In this document: piece after piece, positions 1-12,377 of the stretch
Position numbering within the stretch: position 1 is the first letter of the stretch
Layout: the number at the start of each line of letters is the position of its first letter
NCBI GenBank assembly: GCA_965637545.1
Contig: OZ281501.1
Location: forward strand, 18,910,001-18,974,000
Length of the DNA stretch: 64,000 bases
Direction: 5' to 3'
From: Phallusia mammillata
Taxonomy: Eukaryota
Program-made: the position numbers and the translations under genes
Notes under the pieces: model-generated
Database searches by the model: none
Told to the model about the DNA's origin: nothing
What the model saw: the letters and a program-made list of their open reading frames with translations, nothing else

Positions 1-805
1 AGAGTTTTTTTTTCTTATCGGGTATATTTCTTCTTTCTGATTTGTTAAAATCCGACACATTGCGTAACACTGTTTCTTAATTTATAAACTTTGGCAATCT
101 CTGGAAACAAAATCACAAACTCGTTTCACTCAAACTGCCTAAAGCGAGTGGATGTTCAATATCATATAGAGTTGTATCCCAGGAAATCCCGGGTTTGGAC
201 AGAAACTTTCCCACTTTTATCCTAAAACTCCAACCCAATGTCAACTCAACACGTTGAAGCAGTATACATGACGTCAGTTTACAACGTTTTATTCATCCCA
301 CAATCTATGTGTGACGGTTAGTCAGGAAAACTTGCATTTATTGTGGATGTTCACAGTTTTACAGGATAAAACTGATGTTCTTACAACGACTTGTATTGGG
401 GATTAACCATATTTTTGCATGTTAACTTTGACCAACTTTTTAAAGTAATCTATAAAATTACTTTATCTTCGATTTTTTTCATAAATATTTTTTTTATAAT
501 TTTTTAGTTATTCAGATGCCTTTCAGATGTCGACGATTTTCCAATAAAATGGGTCGTGGGTTCGACTCCCGCGAATGGAAGTTGACCGTGCTTGGATATT
601 TGTCGATTTCGAGCAACATCACGATCTCAGATGTCGCATGAGCCGAACCAGAAAGTAATCTTGCCATTCAAGCACACGTGTTGAAGTTTTATTCGTCGAA
701 ACGTTGCGTGACGAAGCAACTCTGTAGCACGAATCAGCAAATACATAAGCATTATACGCCATTACATTCTCATTATTTGGTCGAATGGTGACATTTAACA
801 CAGAG

Positions 806-2831
806 TTAAAGAAAATAAGAAACACACGCTGCTATAAGACAGATTAGAAATGACACAATTACAAAAGCTTCACGTTTCATTTTCTGATAAGTTGGGTCGT
901 TTTTCACCCGGTCATCGTATATTGTTGCTCCTTGATTTTTGTGTGGAAACGGACGATCTGGGATTGGAAGGTTTAAGAAGTTGCACAATGGTTCCCATCC
1001 TTCCTTTACGCTGTACACAAGCAACCTGTCCTTGGGAGCATTCTGGAAACAAACAAAAAATCGAACAACAAAGCATCCAGCAACAATATTTCAGTAACTC
1101 ACCATGAGAACAGCTGCATGATGTTGTCTGTATCTCACTGTCCGCAAGATGGCACTGTCGGGCCACTTTGTAAAAGGGAAAAGAGGTCGAGGCCCTTCTA
1201 TAATCCCAACTGCAATGGAACAATAAAATAGGAAAGGAATTGTCTAGTTTGTTTAATCAGAAGTATATATATATATTAATTTACGTTTTAAGATATTTGT
1301 TTCATGGCAGATGGTGGGAAAATGTAACATAGATCGCAATAACTTTTTCAACCTAGCTGGCTTACCGTCCAACAAAACATATTTAAACAAATCTGTAATC
1401 AAACTAATGTTGTGATATTTTTACTCAAACCTAGTAAGAAATTTCACTCAGACTAGAACAGTGGTTCTCAACCTTTTTGCCTTTGCGGACCCCTTTTGGT
1501 ACTGTGAAGCTTGTCGCGGACCCTTTGAAGGTTTTGGTAATTTTGTCTTTTTTTTATTAACAAGCAACCCGAAAAAGGTGCAGAATATACCAACCACGTT
1601 TGGTCCAGGACCAAAATTTCAATTATTTTGACTGGGCTGCGACATCCGAACTCAATAATAAAGAGCATTGTGATGTGACGTTGTTTGCCACTGAAAATTT
1701 ACCTCTGTTGCATCACAATGGGTTAAAATGTCACAATGCATTTTGGTTTGTCGCCTAGGAAGAACGATTTTAAACAAGTTTCATGCTATTTTAAAACGGT
1801 GAGACATATTTTTTTTAAATAGAGCTTTATCAATATCGTTGTCTGCAAAATTAGGAAGTTGTCGCGGACCCCCTGAAAACGCTTCGGACCCCCGGTTGAG
1901 AACCACTGGATGAGAACAATGGTGGGAAACTTTTTTATTCATGATGGTTCGAAGGGGCCGCATTGAGTGTGTTTTTCATGTTATTTCTTGGTTTAGGTTT
2001 CTTAAACTGTTCAAAGTAAGTTAACATAAAAGGTACAACAAAGGCCACATAAGTCCACGAGTGTTTGACTTGAAGGCCACATGTGTTGTTGTTGTTGTTG
2101 TTCTGATACTTACGAAATGTTTGAAGGAATTTGAAAAACCTCCATCCAGTTGGTGAAAACATGAGAAGGAAATTACTAGATGTGTTGTTTGCCATCGCAG
2201 TGTGCTGGTTCATTGCGCTACAAACCAGGCTTTTCTCATCCCGGTTGGTGTAAACTATCTGCAAATGATGAACAGTGAACAACACAATGAGAAAATTGTA
2301 CCAAGAAGTCAATTCACTTCAACTTAACAACTTAATTCATAGCGTCACAATGGCACTGCACAATTGTCAAGGAAAAAGCTACGCAACGTTGAAAAGTCAT
2401 GGAGCGCAAACAGTGCATGTCACAATCGGTGGATCATGACTACATGCGCTGCAGCCAGACCGTACTTGAAAGAAAAGTAGCCTCTACTCAATTTAAATAA
2501 ATTTGTTTTGAAGGTTGTACCTTGGCCTCTGGAAAAGCTTCAGCCAGTTGCTCCCAAAAATTGTAGGTTGGGTAATCAGTGACGGCATCGACATCTTTGT
2601 AAGACTCACGAATATCATCCAACGTCGCCTTCCCATCAATGTAATCATACCAAACCTGCGTGGAAAATAACTCACTTTTTCAGCACGGCTTAAAACAAAA
2701 AAACTAAATACCTGACGATGATAAAGAAAGTTTTCCATGCTGTCGTGCACTGTAAGTCCCAATATTCGTAAAGCTTCTGCCATTGTTTTAGTTCCAGTCT
2801 TTGCTACTCCTGCCATTATTACCTTCATCAT
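806..2831 (-). CDS. Sulfotransfer_4-like (Schistosoma-type) sulfotransferase, copy 1, C-terminal tail anchor
   Basis: Exons 2712-2831, 2521-2655, 2114-2258, 1103-1209, 806-1042, all GT-AG and in frame (about 247 aa). Contains GVAKTGT (5'-PAPS loop), AVTDYP, TNRDEKS (3'-PAPS), EGWEPLCNFL and PFPHKN, and ends in hydrophobic AFVIVSFLICLIAACVSYFL*. Confidence 0.85.
1459..1908. mobile_element. hAT (Charlie-like) MITE in intron 3 of copy 1
   Basis: TIRs CAGTGGTTCTCAACC...GGTTGAGAACCACTG. Degenerate 8-bp TSD gactagaa/gatgagaa. The paralogous intron of copy 6 (about 20170-20190) lacks the insert. Confidence 0.8.
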
Positions 2832-4673
2832 GTACCAAGAAAGTCAAATCCTATTTTTTTAAAAACTGAACAGTTTTGAATTACACAGAGAAAAAGTAAA
2901 GAAGTTGACTATTCCAGACAACTATTCCAACATCTTGAGCTGCAGACAATGAACACTGTTTCGACCTATAACAGCGGTTTCCAACCTGTGGGTCGCCTGA
3001 CAATTTGCCTGGGTTCGGCTAAAGCAGTGGTTCCCCAATGATTTTAGGCAATGGACTACTAGCTTCATAAAATAAACCCAGTTTTTTTTAATTAATAATA
3101 CTTATGCTCCCATTAATTCACAAAATTGCGGCTTTCTGAATGGTTAAAATCCCAATCTTCTACAAAATTACTTCGAAATAAGTGGACAGTCAATCTTTTT
3201 TCTTCGCTAACTTGATAATTAAGCTCTAAACTTTAGCCATTTTCAGCCACATTATCAAACCGAGCATTGCAACAACAAATTTACATTCGTTACGTTTATT
3301 CAGTCACATTTGGTGATTTTTTTCAACCACAAACCATGAGCTTGGCTGTGTTTATGTTAATTGATGTACGGGTGGTAACGTTGCGCCTGTTTGATACAGA
3401 GAAAATTGTGGCAACAATCAAATGCTTCGACCAATCAAATTTATCGCCTGTATTCAATTTCTGTTTGGAACCGCATCGTACAATTTGCCTTTCTGTAATT
3501 TTTCATTTATTACCACAAGGTTTTAACCGATGGGGAACCGTGTATATCAAAACTTATTCCACCAACCTATCCGAATAACAGCGTAGCTGCATCTTTCCAC
3601 AAATTGTAGCCTTACCTTTCTCGCGCTACATAACGTCCCAACGTTGCACAGCTATTTCCAGCTTGGTGAATATTTTAGCGCCGTTTTGATGCTGCGAATT
3701 GTATCGCCACCTGAAATCAATTCAATGCAACTCAACCAGGGTCGGTGAACCGCACAACGAAATTCGACAACGCCTGCGTAATAACGCTTGATTGACAAAC
3801 CATATCCAAACCAAACTTGAGGTTGGCATCAGTGTGAATTTGCGGTGTTACTTGGAGAAATAAGTTCTGTTGCTTAAAGAGTTTTTTTTTCTTATCGGGT
3901 ATATTTCTTCTTTCTGATTTGTTAAAATCCGACACATTGCGTAACACTGTTTCTTAATTTATAAACTTTGGCAATCTCTGGAAACAAAATCACAAACTCG
4001 TTTCACTCAAACTGCCTAAAGCGAGTGGATGTTCAATATCATATAGAGTTGTATCCCAGGAAATCCCGGGTTTGGACAGAAACTTTCCCACTTTTATCCT
4101 AAAACTCCAACCCAATGTCAACTCAACACGTTGAAGCAGTATACATGACGTCAGTTTACAACGTTTTATTCATCCCACAATCTATGTGTGACGGTTAGTC
4201 AGGAAAACTTGCATTTATTGTGGATGTTCACAGTTTTACAGGATAAAACTGATGTTCTTACAACGACTTGTATTGGGGATTAACCATATTTTTGCATGTT
4301 AACTTTGACCAACTTTTTAAAGTAATCTATAAAATTACTTTATCTTCGATTTTTTTCATAAATATTTTTTTTATAATTTTTTAGTTATTCAGATGCCTTT
4401 CAGATGTCGACGATTTTCCAATAAAATGGGTCGTGGGTTCGGATAGAAGTTGACCGTGCTTGGATATTTGTCGATTTCGAGCAACATCACGATCTCAGAT
4501 GTCGCATGAGCCGAACCAGAAAGTAATCTTGCCATTCAAGCACACGTGTTGAAGTTTTATTCGTCGAAACGTTGCGTGACGAAGCAACTCTGTAGCACGA
4601 ATCAGCAAATACATAAGCATTATACGCCATTACATTCTCATTATTTGGTCGAATGGTGACATTTAACACAGAG

Positions 4674-6699
4674 TTAAAGAAAATAAGAAACACACGCTGC
4701 TATAAGACAGATTAGAAATGACACAATTACAAAAGCTTCACGTTTCATTTTCTGATAAGTTGGGTCGTTTTTCACCCGGTCATCGTATATTGTTGCTCCT
4801 TGATTTTTGTGTGGAAACGGACGATCTGGGATTGGAAGGTTTAAGAAGTTGCACAATGGTTCCCATCCTTCCTTTACGCTGTACACAAGCAACCTGTCCT
4901 TGGGAGCATTCTGGAAACAAACAAAAAATCGAACAACAAAGCATCCAGCAACAATATTTCAGTAACTCACCATGAGAACAGCTGCATGATGTTGTCTGTA
5001 TCTCACTGTCCGCAAGATGGCACTGTCGGGCCACTTTGTAAAAGGGAAAAGAGGTCGAGGCCCTTCTATAATCCCAACTGCAATGGAACAATAAAATAGG
5101 AAAGGAATTGTCTAGTTTGTTTAATCAGAAGTATATATATATATTAATTTACGTTTTAAGATATTTGTTTCATGGCAGATGGTGGGAAAATGTAACATAG
5201 ATCGCAATAACTTTTTCAACCTAGCTGGCTTACCGTCCAACAAAACATATTTAAACAAATCTGTAATCAAACTAATGTTGTGATATTTTTACTCAAACCT
5301 AGTAAGAAATTTCACTCAGACTAGAACAGTGGTTCTCAACCTTTTTGCCTTTGCGGACCCCTTTTGGTACTGTGAAGCTTGTCGCGGACCCTTTGAAGGT
5401 TTTGGTAATTTTGTCTTTTTTTTATTAACAAGCAACCCGAAAAAGGTGCAGAATATACCAACCACGTTTGGTCCAGGACCAAAATTTCAATTATTTTGAC
5501 TGGGCTGCGACATCCGAACTCAATAATAAAGAGCATTGTGATGTGACGTTGTTTGCCACTGAAAATTTACCTCTGTTGCATCACAATGGGTTAAAATGTC
5601 ACAATGCATTTTGGTTTGTCGCCTAGGAAGAACGATTTTAAACAAGTTTCATGCTATTTTAAAACGGTGAGACATATTTTTTTTAAATAGAGCTTTATCA
5701 ATATCGTTGTCTGCAAAATTAGGAAGTTGTCGCGGACCCCCTGAAAACGCTTCGGACCCCCGGTTGAGAACCACTGGATGAGAACAATGGTGGGAAACTT
5801 TTTTATTCATGATGGTTCGAAGGGGCCGCATTGAGTGTGTTTTTCATGTTATTTCTTGGTTTAGGTTTCTTAAACTGTTCAAAGTAAGTTAACATAAAAG
5901 GTACAACAAAGGCCACATAAGTCCACGAGTGTTTGACTTGAAGGCCACATGTGTTGTTGTTGTTGTTGTTCTGATACTTACGAAATGTTTGAAGGAATTT
6001 GAAAAACCTCCATCCAGTTGGTGAAAACATGAGAAGGAAATTACTAGATGTGTTGTTTGCCATCGCAGTGTGCTGGTTCATTGCGCTACAAACCAGGCTT
6101 TTCTCATCCCGGTTGGTGTAAACTATCTGCAAATGATGAACAGTGAACAACACAATGAGAAAATTGTACCAAGAAGTCAATTCACTTCAACTTAACAACT
6201 TAATTCATAGCGTCACAATGGCACTGCACAATTGTCAAGGAAAAAGCTACGCAACGTTGAAAAGTCATGGAGCGCAAACAGTGCATGTCACAATCGGTGG
6301 ATCATGACTACATGCGCTGCAGCCAGACCGTACTTGAAAGAAAAGTAGCCTCTACTCAATTTAAATAAATTTGTTTTGAAGGTTGTACCTTGGCCTCTGG
6401 AAAAGCTTCAGCCAGTTGCTCCCAAAAATTGTAGGTTGGGTAATCAGTGACGGCATCGACATCTTTGTAAGACTCACGAATATCATCCAACGTCGCCTTC
6501 CCATCAATGTAATCATACCAAACCTGCGTGGAAAATAACTCACTTTTTCAGCACGGCTTAAAACAAAAAAACTAAATACCTGACGATGATAAAGAAAGTT
6601 TTCCATGCTGTCGTGCACTGTAAGTCCCAATATTCGTAAAGCTTCTGCCATTGTTTTAGTTCCAGTCTTTGCTACTCCTGCCATTATTACCTTCATCAT
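4674..6699 (-). CDS. Sulfotransfer_4-like sulfotransferase, copy 2 (identical to copy 1)
   Basis: Exons 6580-6699, 6389-6523, 5982-6126, 4971-5077, 4674-4910. Same translation as copy 1. Confidence 0.8.
5327..5776. mobile_element. hAT MITE (duplicate of 1459-1908)
   Basis: Same TIRs and sequence at +3868. Confidence 0.8.
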
Positions 6700-7969
6700 G
6701 TACCAAGAAAGTCAAATCCTATTTTTTTAAAAACTGAACAGTTTTGAATTACACAGAGAAAAAGTAAAGAAGTTGACTATTCCAGACAACTATTCCAACA
6801 TCTTGAGCTGCAGACAATGAACACTGTTTCGACCTATAACAGCGGTTTCCAACCTGTGGGTCGCCTGACAATTTGCCTGGGTTCGGCTAAAGCAGTGGTT
6901 CCCCAATGATTTTAGGCAATGGACTACTAGCTTCATAAAATAAACCCAGTTTTTTTTAATTAATAATACTTATGCTCCCATTAATTCACAAAATTGCGGC
7001 TTTCTGAATGGTTAAAATCCCAATCTTCTACAAAATTACTTCGAAATAAGTGGACAGTCAATCTTTTTTCTTCGCTAACTTGATAATTAAGCTCTAAACT
7101 TTAGCCATTTTCAGCCACATTATCAAACCGAGCATTGCAACAACAAATTTACATTCGTTACGTTTATTCAGTCACATTTGGTGATTTTTTTCAACCACAA
7201 ACCATGAGCTTGGCTGTGTTTATGTTAATTGATGTACGGGTGGTAACGTTGCGCCTGTTTGATACAGAGAAAATTGTGGCAACAATCAAATGCTTCGACC
7301 AATCAAATTTATCGCCTGTATTCAATTTCTGTTTGGAACCGCATCGTACAATTTGCCTTTCTGTAATTTTTCATTTATTACCGCAAGGTTTTAACCGATG
7401 GGGAACCGTGTATATCAAAACTTATTCCACCAACCTATCCGAATAACAGCGTAGCTGCATCTTTCCACAAATTGTAGCCTTACCTTTCTCGCGCTACATA
7501 ACGTCCCAACGTTGCACAGCTATTTCCAGCTTGGTGAATAGTTTAGCGCCGTTTTGATGCTACGAATTGTATCGCCACCTGAAATCAATTCAACGCAACT
7601 CAACCAGGGTCGGTGAACCGCACAACAGATTCGACAACGCCTGTGTAATAACGCTTGATTGACAAACCATGTCGCAACCAAACTTGAGGTTGGCATCAGT
7701 GTGAAAGCGGTGTTACTTGGAGAACTAAAATGTGTCGTCTAAAGAGTTTTTTTTCTTGTCAAGTTTATTGCTTCTTTCTGATTTGTTAAAATCCGCAAGA
7801 TTGCGCAACACTGCTTTTTATTCATAAACTTTGGTAATCTCTGGAAACAAAGTTTCATTACAAACTTGTTTCACTCAATCTGCCTAAAGCGAGTGGATGG
7901 CCGCGATCATATAATGTTGGAATTCCAGGAAATCCCGGGTTTGGACAGAAACTTTTCCAGTTTAGTCCT

Positions 7970-8158
7970 AAATAACAAACCTGCGTGGGAAATAACTAAC
8001 TTTCTTATCAAGGTTCAAAATGCCACAAACAACCGAAACACCTGACGATGATGTCTAAAATGTTCCATGGTGTCGTGCACTGTAAGTCCCAATATTCGTA
8101 AAGCTTTTGCCATTATTTTTGTTCCAGTTTTTCCTGCTCCAGCCATTATTACCCTCAT
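7970..8158 (-). pseudogene. Truncated sulfotransferase copy 3 (exon 1, intron 1 and a few bases of exon 2)
   Basis: MRVIMAGAGKTGTKIMAKALRILGLTVHDTMEHFRHHRQ at 8042-8158. After the exon-2 acceptor the sequence jumps straight into the intergenic spacer. Confidence 0.8.
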
Positions 8159-9050
8159 CTTTAAATGACGGTTAACTGAGGTCCTTTAATATTGATTTTT
8201 TGAAAAGTCCTAAAAGTCGTCAACTTAAGTTGCGCCCGGTGAATAGCCAAAATAATCCTGAAAGTTATTTATGAAGCACTGAGTTGATAGGTAATGATTG
8301 GAAATTCTTTTTAAACAACGCCACTAGGCCACGTTAAAACTAATCCAAAACTTCCAAAGTATTAAAATATATGCAACCATGAATTACCACATCTGTTTCA
8401 AGGTGGAACTGCAGAATAACTTGTCTCTCGTGCTTTTTAAAGATCCTGTTGTGTTATGAAAACGTCAGTCAAAAACTGTTCACACTTCACCCGAATCACT
8501 CACGCATTTTCACCCATACATCGATTTGCGATGGAAATTGCCGCAACTTGCAGCCACAACGCTTGACTAATGAGGCAGAACTCAGCAAAATATTGAATTG
8601 CAATCGACCAACCTGACATGAGGTTGTTTTGGGTCGGTAAGGCCTGCTCTGAAACACGGCGTTCAGTTCTGTTATAGCACTTAAGAAACTAATCAGCCTT
8701 TCAACCCACAGTTAAAGCTAAACAACAAAATGCTGCAACGAATGGCAAATCATGCCGAACCAACCAAGCAAACCCAAAACAAATACACAAGGTTTGCATC
8801 AGTGCGGTTTTGCGGTCAAAGGTAGGGAGATTATGTTTCGTAGCTGAAATAGTTTGTCTCCATTATTCAGTTTACTACTTTCACACAAATTGTATGAAAA
8901 TGCAGCTTTCTGATTTGTTGAAATCCTCAATTTATAAACATCGTTAATCTCGAGGCCTGGCGGAGCAACTCTGTAGCATGCCTTAACAAATACATCAGCA
9001 TTATACATTATTGCATTTTCACACTTTGACTCTTGTCATTTAACACATTG

Positions 9051-10103
9051 CTAAAGAAAATAAGAAACGCATGCTGCCATAAGACAAAATAACAATGACA
9101 CAATTACAAAAGCTTCACGTTTCATCTTCTGAAATGTTGGGTCATTTTTAAGCCACTTGTCATATATTGTTGCTCCGTGATTTTTGTGTGGAAACGGTTG
9201 GTTTGGAATTGGAAGGTTTAAGAAGTTACACAATGGTTCCCATCCTTCCTTCACGCTGCACACAAGCAACCTGTCTTTGGGAGCGTTCTGGTATAAATAT
9301 TAATGCAAATGAAGTTTGCAAAGTACTTATTTAGTAACAATATTTACAACTCACCATGAGAACAGCTGCGTTATGTTCTCTGTATCGTATTGTCCACACA
9401 TTTGCCCTAAAGTACCAGTTCGCAAATGGGAAAGAAGCCACGTGTTCTCCAAAGATGATTGTGACTAAATAAAATGAATAACGCCAGTTAGTTTTGCTTT
9501 AAACAGTGGTGTATTAAAATCGTTTTTAACAGTTTTACAAGATGTTGCTCTTACTGGTTTTGTTGAGAAAGAAAGATCCCTTTTGACACTTTGAATCTTA
9601 CTAAAATGGTAAAGGAATTTGAAAAATTTCCTTCCAGTTGGTGTAAACATGTACAGAAAATTGTTTGTTTTGTTGCGGGACATTTCAATGTGCTGGTTCA
9701 TTACGCTGCGAATGAAGCCCTTCTCATCCCGTTGTGTTAGAACTATCTGAAAACAACACACAATAGTAAACAAGCCTAATCAAATGACAGATGTACCTTT
9801 GCCTCTGGAAAAGCTTCGGCCAGTTGCTCCCAAAAGTAAAAGGTTGGAACATCAGTGACGGCATCGACATCTTTGTAAGACTCACGAATATCACCCAACG
9901 TCGCCTTCCCATCAATGTAATCATAACAAACCTGCGTGGGAAATAACTAACTTTCTTACCGATGTTAATCGAAATAACCGAAATACCTGTCGATGGTGTC
10001 TAAAGTTTTCCATGGTGTCGTGCACTGTAAGTCCTAATATTCGTAAAGCTTCTGCCATTGATTTGGTTCCAGTTTTCGACACTCCAGCCATGATTACCTT
10101 CAT
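9051..10103 (-). CDS. Sulfotransfer_4-like sulfotransferase, copy 4
   Basis: Exons 9987-10103, 9797-9931, 9602-9746, 9355-9464, 9051-9287, in frame. Has VTDVPTFYFW and a divergent exon 4 (ITIIFGEHVASFPFANWYFRANVW). Confidence 0.85.
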
Positions 10104-11196
10104 AATTACGCAATCGTCAAGTTTGGTCGTAGAAATATTGGTTTTGAAAACTTCACGTTGTATTGTAAACTATCCTGAGGATGGTAAAATCCGACTGTTG
10201 TCTGCATCATTTAAATGTCCAAGAAACAATTCAACAATAGCATCCAAGAGCGCTACTTGACTAAACACGTTTCAAGTTTTAAGTTATATTTAAGACACTG
10301 ATTTGTGCACGCAAACCTTTGTTAAGTGGAACTGCAGAATAATATTTGCCTCTCTGTAAATTTTTACTTATTACAGCAAGGTTAACTGTTGGAAGACAAC
10401 TTTCATCCTTAACGTACTTCACTCAACCAATAGTTAAAACTAAAGAGCAAATTGCTGCAACGAATGAGTAGTATCGCTTAACCAACCAAGCAAACCCAAA
10501 ACAAATACGCAATGTTGGCATCACTGCAGTATTGCGGTCAAAGTTGGGGAGAGTATGTTATGTTGCTATAATAGTTTGTCTCAATTATTCAGTTTAATAC
10601 TCAGTCCGGCTCGCTGATTGTATTTGAGTTTAACACTTCCACATAAATTTTCCTCGTTGTTATTAAAATGCTGCTTTCTGATTGGTTAAAATCCACAGCA
10701 CTCGTGACATTGCTTCTCAATTTATAAGATTCGTTAATACCTACAGACCTAGTTTCACTTTAAACTTGTTTGACTCAAACTGTTCAACCAAAGTGGATAG
10801 TCACGTGATGACATGATGACGAAACACCGATGACGTCAGTTTCGTCACGCTTGAACTGATCCTGATCTCGACTGTCTGTAGGTTACCTCTTATTTTCATG
10901 AACCTTGCCCCACTTTTTTTGTCGTGGTCTTTTTTTTCTAATATGTTTTTTACACTTTGCGGAAGCCTTCGAGTTGTCGAAGATTTTCCAAGTTGATTGG
11001 GTGGTGGGTTCGAATCCCGTGGATGGAAGTTGGCCGTGCTTGGATATTTGTCGAGTTCGAGCAACATCACGATCTCAGATGTCGCATGAACCAGCAGTAA
11101 GTAATCTTGCAAATAACTCAGCAAATACATAGGCATTATACACCATTGCATTCTCATTATTTTGCCTTTTGCCTAATGTTGACATGTAACATAAAG

Positions 11197-12377
11197 TTAT
11201 ATAAAACAAAAAACGCACGCTGCCACAAGACAGATTAACAATGATACAATTATGAAGGCTTCGCGTTTCATTTTCTGATATGTTGGGTCGATTTTAAGCC
11301 GGTCGTCGTATATTGTTGCTCCGTGATTTTTATGTGGAAACGGTTGGTTTGGGATTGAAAGGTTTAAGAAGTTGCACAATGGTTCCCATCCTTCCTTTAC
11401 GCTGTAGGCAAGCAACCTGTCCTTGGGAGCGTTCTGAAAACAAATTGATTCACAAAGTAATCGACTCATCAAGTTTAAAGCATTAAAATTTAAACAACTC
11501 ACCATGAGAACATTTGAATTATGTTCTCTGTATTTTATTGCCCACATGAGCTTACTGAAGGGCCAGTTTGTAAATGGAAAAAGAGGTGGAGGGCCTTCAA
11601 ACATCGCCACTACAAGAGTGAAACAAAATTTAACCGTTAAACAGGATATTGAAAAGTTTGGACATTGAAAAGCATCCGTCAAACCAGTACATTTGATTTT
11701 GTTTCGAAACTTACTAAAAATACGATAGAATTGGAACAATTTCCATCCAGTTGGGGAAAAAGTGAAAAGAAAATTTTGTTTCGTGTTGTTAGCCATCGCA
11801 ATATGTTGGTTTTCTAGACTTCGAAGATAACTCTTCTCTTCTCGTTGTGTCAGAATTATCTAAAAACGAAACACAGTGATAAAATATAAACATAATTGAA
11901 CTAAAAATGTTTTCACTGATATCCGAAGCATTATTTCGAAAATATTGTATTCTTTTCATACGGCCCAATGTTAACGTAACGCTTTATGAGGCGTGACTAT
12001 GTTGACTCAGGCAGGCACACATGGGTCCTATACATGTTCATACATGTTCAGATAGTAATGGTACCTTGGCCTCTGGAAAAGCTTCGGCCAGTTGCTCCCA
12101 AAGGTGGTAAGTCGGATAACCAATGATGGCATCGACATCTTTGTAAGATTCACGAATATCATCCAACGTCGCCTTCCCATCAATGTAATCATAACAAACC
12201 TGCGTGGCAAATAAACAACTTTTTCACCGAGGTTTAAAATGCCACCAATAACCGAAATACCTGTTGATGATAGAGAAAGTTTTCCATGGTGTCGTGCACT
12301 GTAAGTCCCAATATTCGTAAAGCTTCTGTCATTGATTTTGTTCCAGTCTTTGATAATCCTGCCATTATAACCTTCAT
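11197..12377 (-). CDS. Sulfotransfer_4-like sulfotransferase, copy 5
   Basis: Exons 12261-12377, 12065-12199, 11715-11859, 11503-11609, 11197-11433, in frame. Has AIIGYP in place of AVTDxP. Confidence 0.85.

Larger units (their letters stand above)
1..7745. repeat. Near-identical tandem duplication, period 3868-3877 bp
   Basis: Every ORF from 619-3578 recurs at +3868. Bases 1-563 recur at +3877. There is a 9-bp net indel at about 565/4441, and divergence starts only after about 7380. Confidence 0.95.

Noticed and set aside
553-580. tRNA gene at the GGTTCGACTCC motif
   Set aside because: Only a T-arm is present; no A-box, D-arm, anticodon arm or acceptor stem could be built.
850-1107. Recurring ORFs such as MTQLQKLHVSF... 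and MFHCSWDY... (also at 4718, 23399, 25610, 28886, 31579)
   Set aside because: They are antisense or alternative-frame shadows of sulfotransferase exons 4-5, repeated because the gene is repeated.
11197-11796. 199-aa ORF suggesting an intron-retaining isoform of copy 5
   Set aside because: Introns 3 (105 nt) and 4 (69 nt) happen to be in frame, but the orthologous intron 3 in near-identical copy 10 is 106 nt, so the read-through is probably chance.
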